Shown here piece by piece: positions 63,596 to 64,000 of a DNA stretch of 64,000 bases. The stretch is from Enoplolaimus lenunculus. Taxonomy: Eukaryota. The position numbers and the translations under genes were made by a program. The stretch covers positions 310,001-374,000 of the forward strand of contig JASANG010000611.1 in the NCBI GenBank assembly GCA_030248215.1. Direction: 5' to 3'. The notes beneath the pieces were generated by a model. The model worked only from the letters and a program-made list of their open reading frames with translations. It searched no databases and had not been told where the DNA came from. Positions within the stretch are counted from its first letter, which is position 1. Each line of letters begins with the position of its first letter.

Positions 63596-63706
63596 ACGGT
63601 CGCAATCGTCGCAGTTCACATCGTACGTCTATGCGTCTATCGCAGTGTTCTGAAGGTGGTGGTTCCGCTGACCATGACGATTCTTGGGGTCGCAAGGGCA
63701 AAAAAG
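63596..63706 (+). CDS. Probable additional (cassette?) exon of eEF1-gamma linker
   Basis: CAG|AC GGT...AAA G|GT, 111 nt, phase 1-1, open in frame with the previous exon: DGRNRRSSHRTSMRLSQCSEGGGSADHDDSWGRKGKK. Confidence 0.5.
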
Positions 63707-64000
63707 GTTCAGTGCTCTTTTTATAAGTGCACAGGGTTGCTGTTTTTGCTTCATAGTGTTCGGCTGTGCTGTGAGCGTGCGTTAAATAACTGGAGTCATT
63801 CAGTTTTGCTATGTTACAATTAGTGTTGCATCTGTGTAGCTTAGTTTTCACGCCAGCATTCTGAATTGTAACTGTGCCGATCAAAATTAAGTAGGCTAAA
63901 GAATTCATCGAATGGCTGCACAACGCTAGCCGTGTGAAATACATCGGATACAACAAACTCCCGATGTCTCTCAAGACAACACCGTTAAACGTAAACTGAA

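Overview
AT-rich, intron-rich eukaryotic DNA, most likely a nematode (INX-10-like innexin, dispersed TTAGGC telomere-type hexamers). Four spliced genes were reconstructed by hand from GT-AG boundaries and reading phase: (1) a BTB-BACK protein on the minus strand (12968->1222); (2) a plus-strand innexin locus (17600-43858); (3) a minus-strand CAP/SCP protein with two ShK domains (53044->46752, 5' exon not found); (4) eEF1-gamma on the plus strand (58643 to beyond the window end). The main observation is the innexin's variable/constant layout. Three divergent but intact first exons (17600, 29463, 32966) each encode the N-terminus, TM1 and the first half of extracellular loop 1. All end in a phase-0 donor at the homologous codon and share a single set of five downstream exons. 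Introns and intergenic DNA contain many MITEs (hAT-, Harbinger-, piggyBac- and TA-target types), satellites (one running directly into an innexin splice acceptor) and a tandem tRNA-derived SINE-like element. All calls come from reading the sequence by eye; no searches were run.
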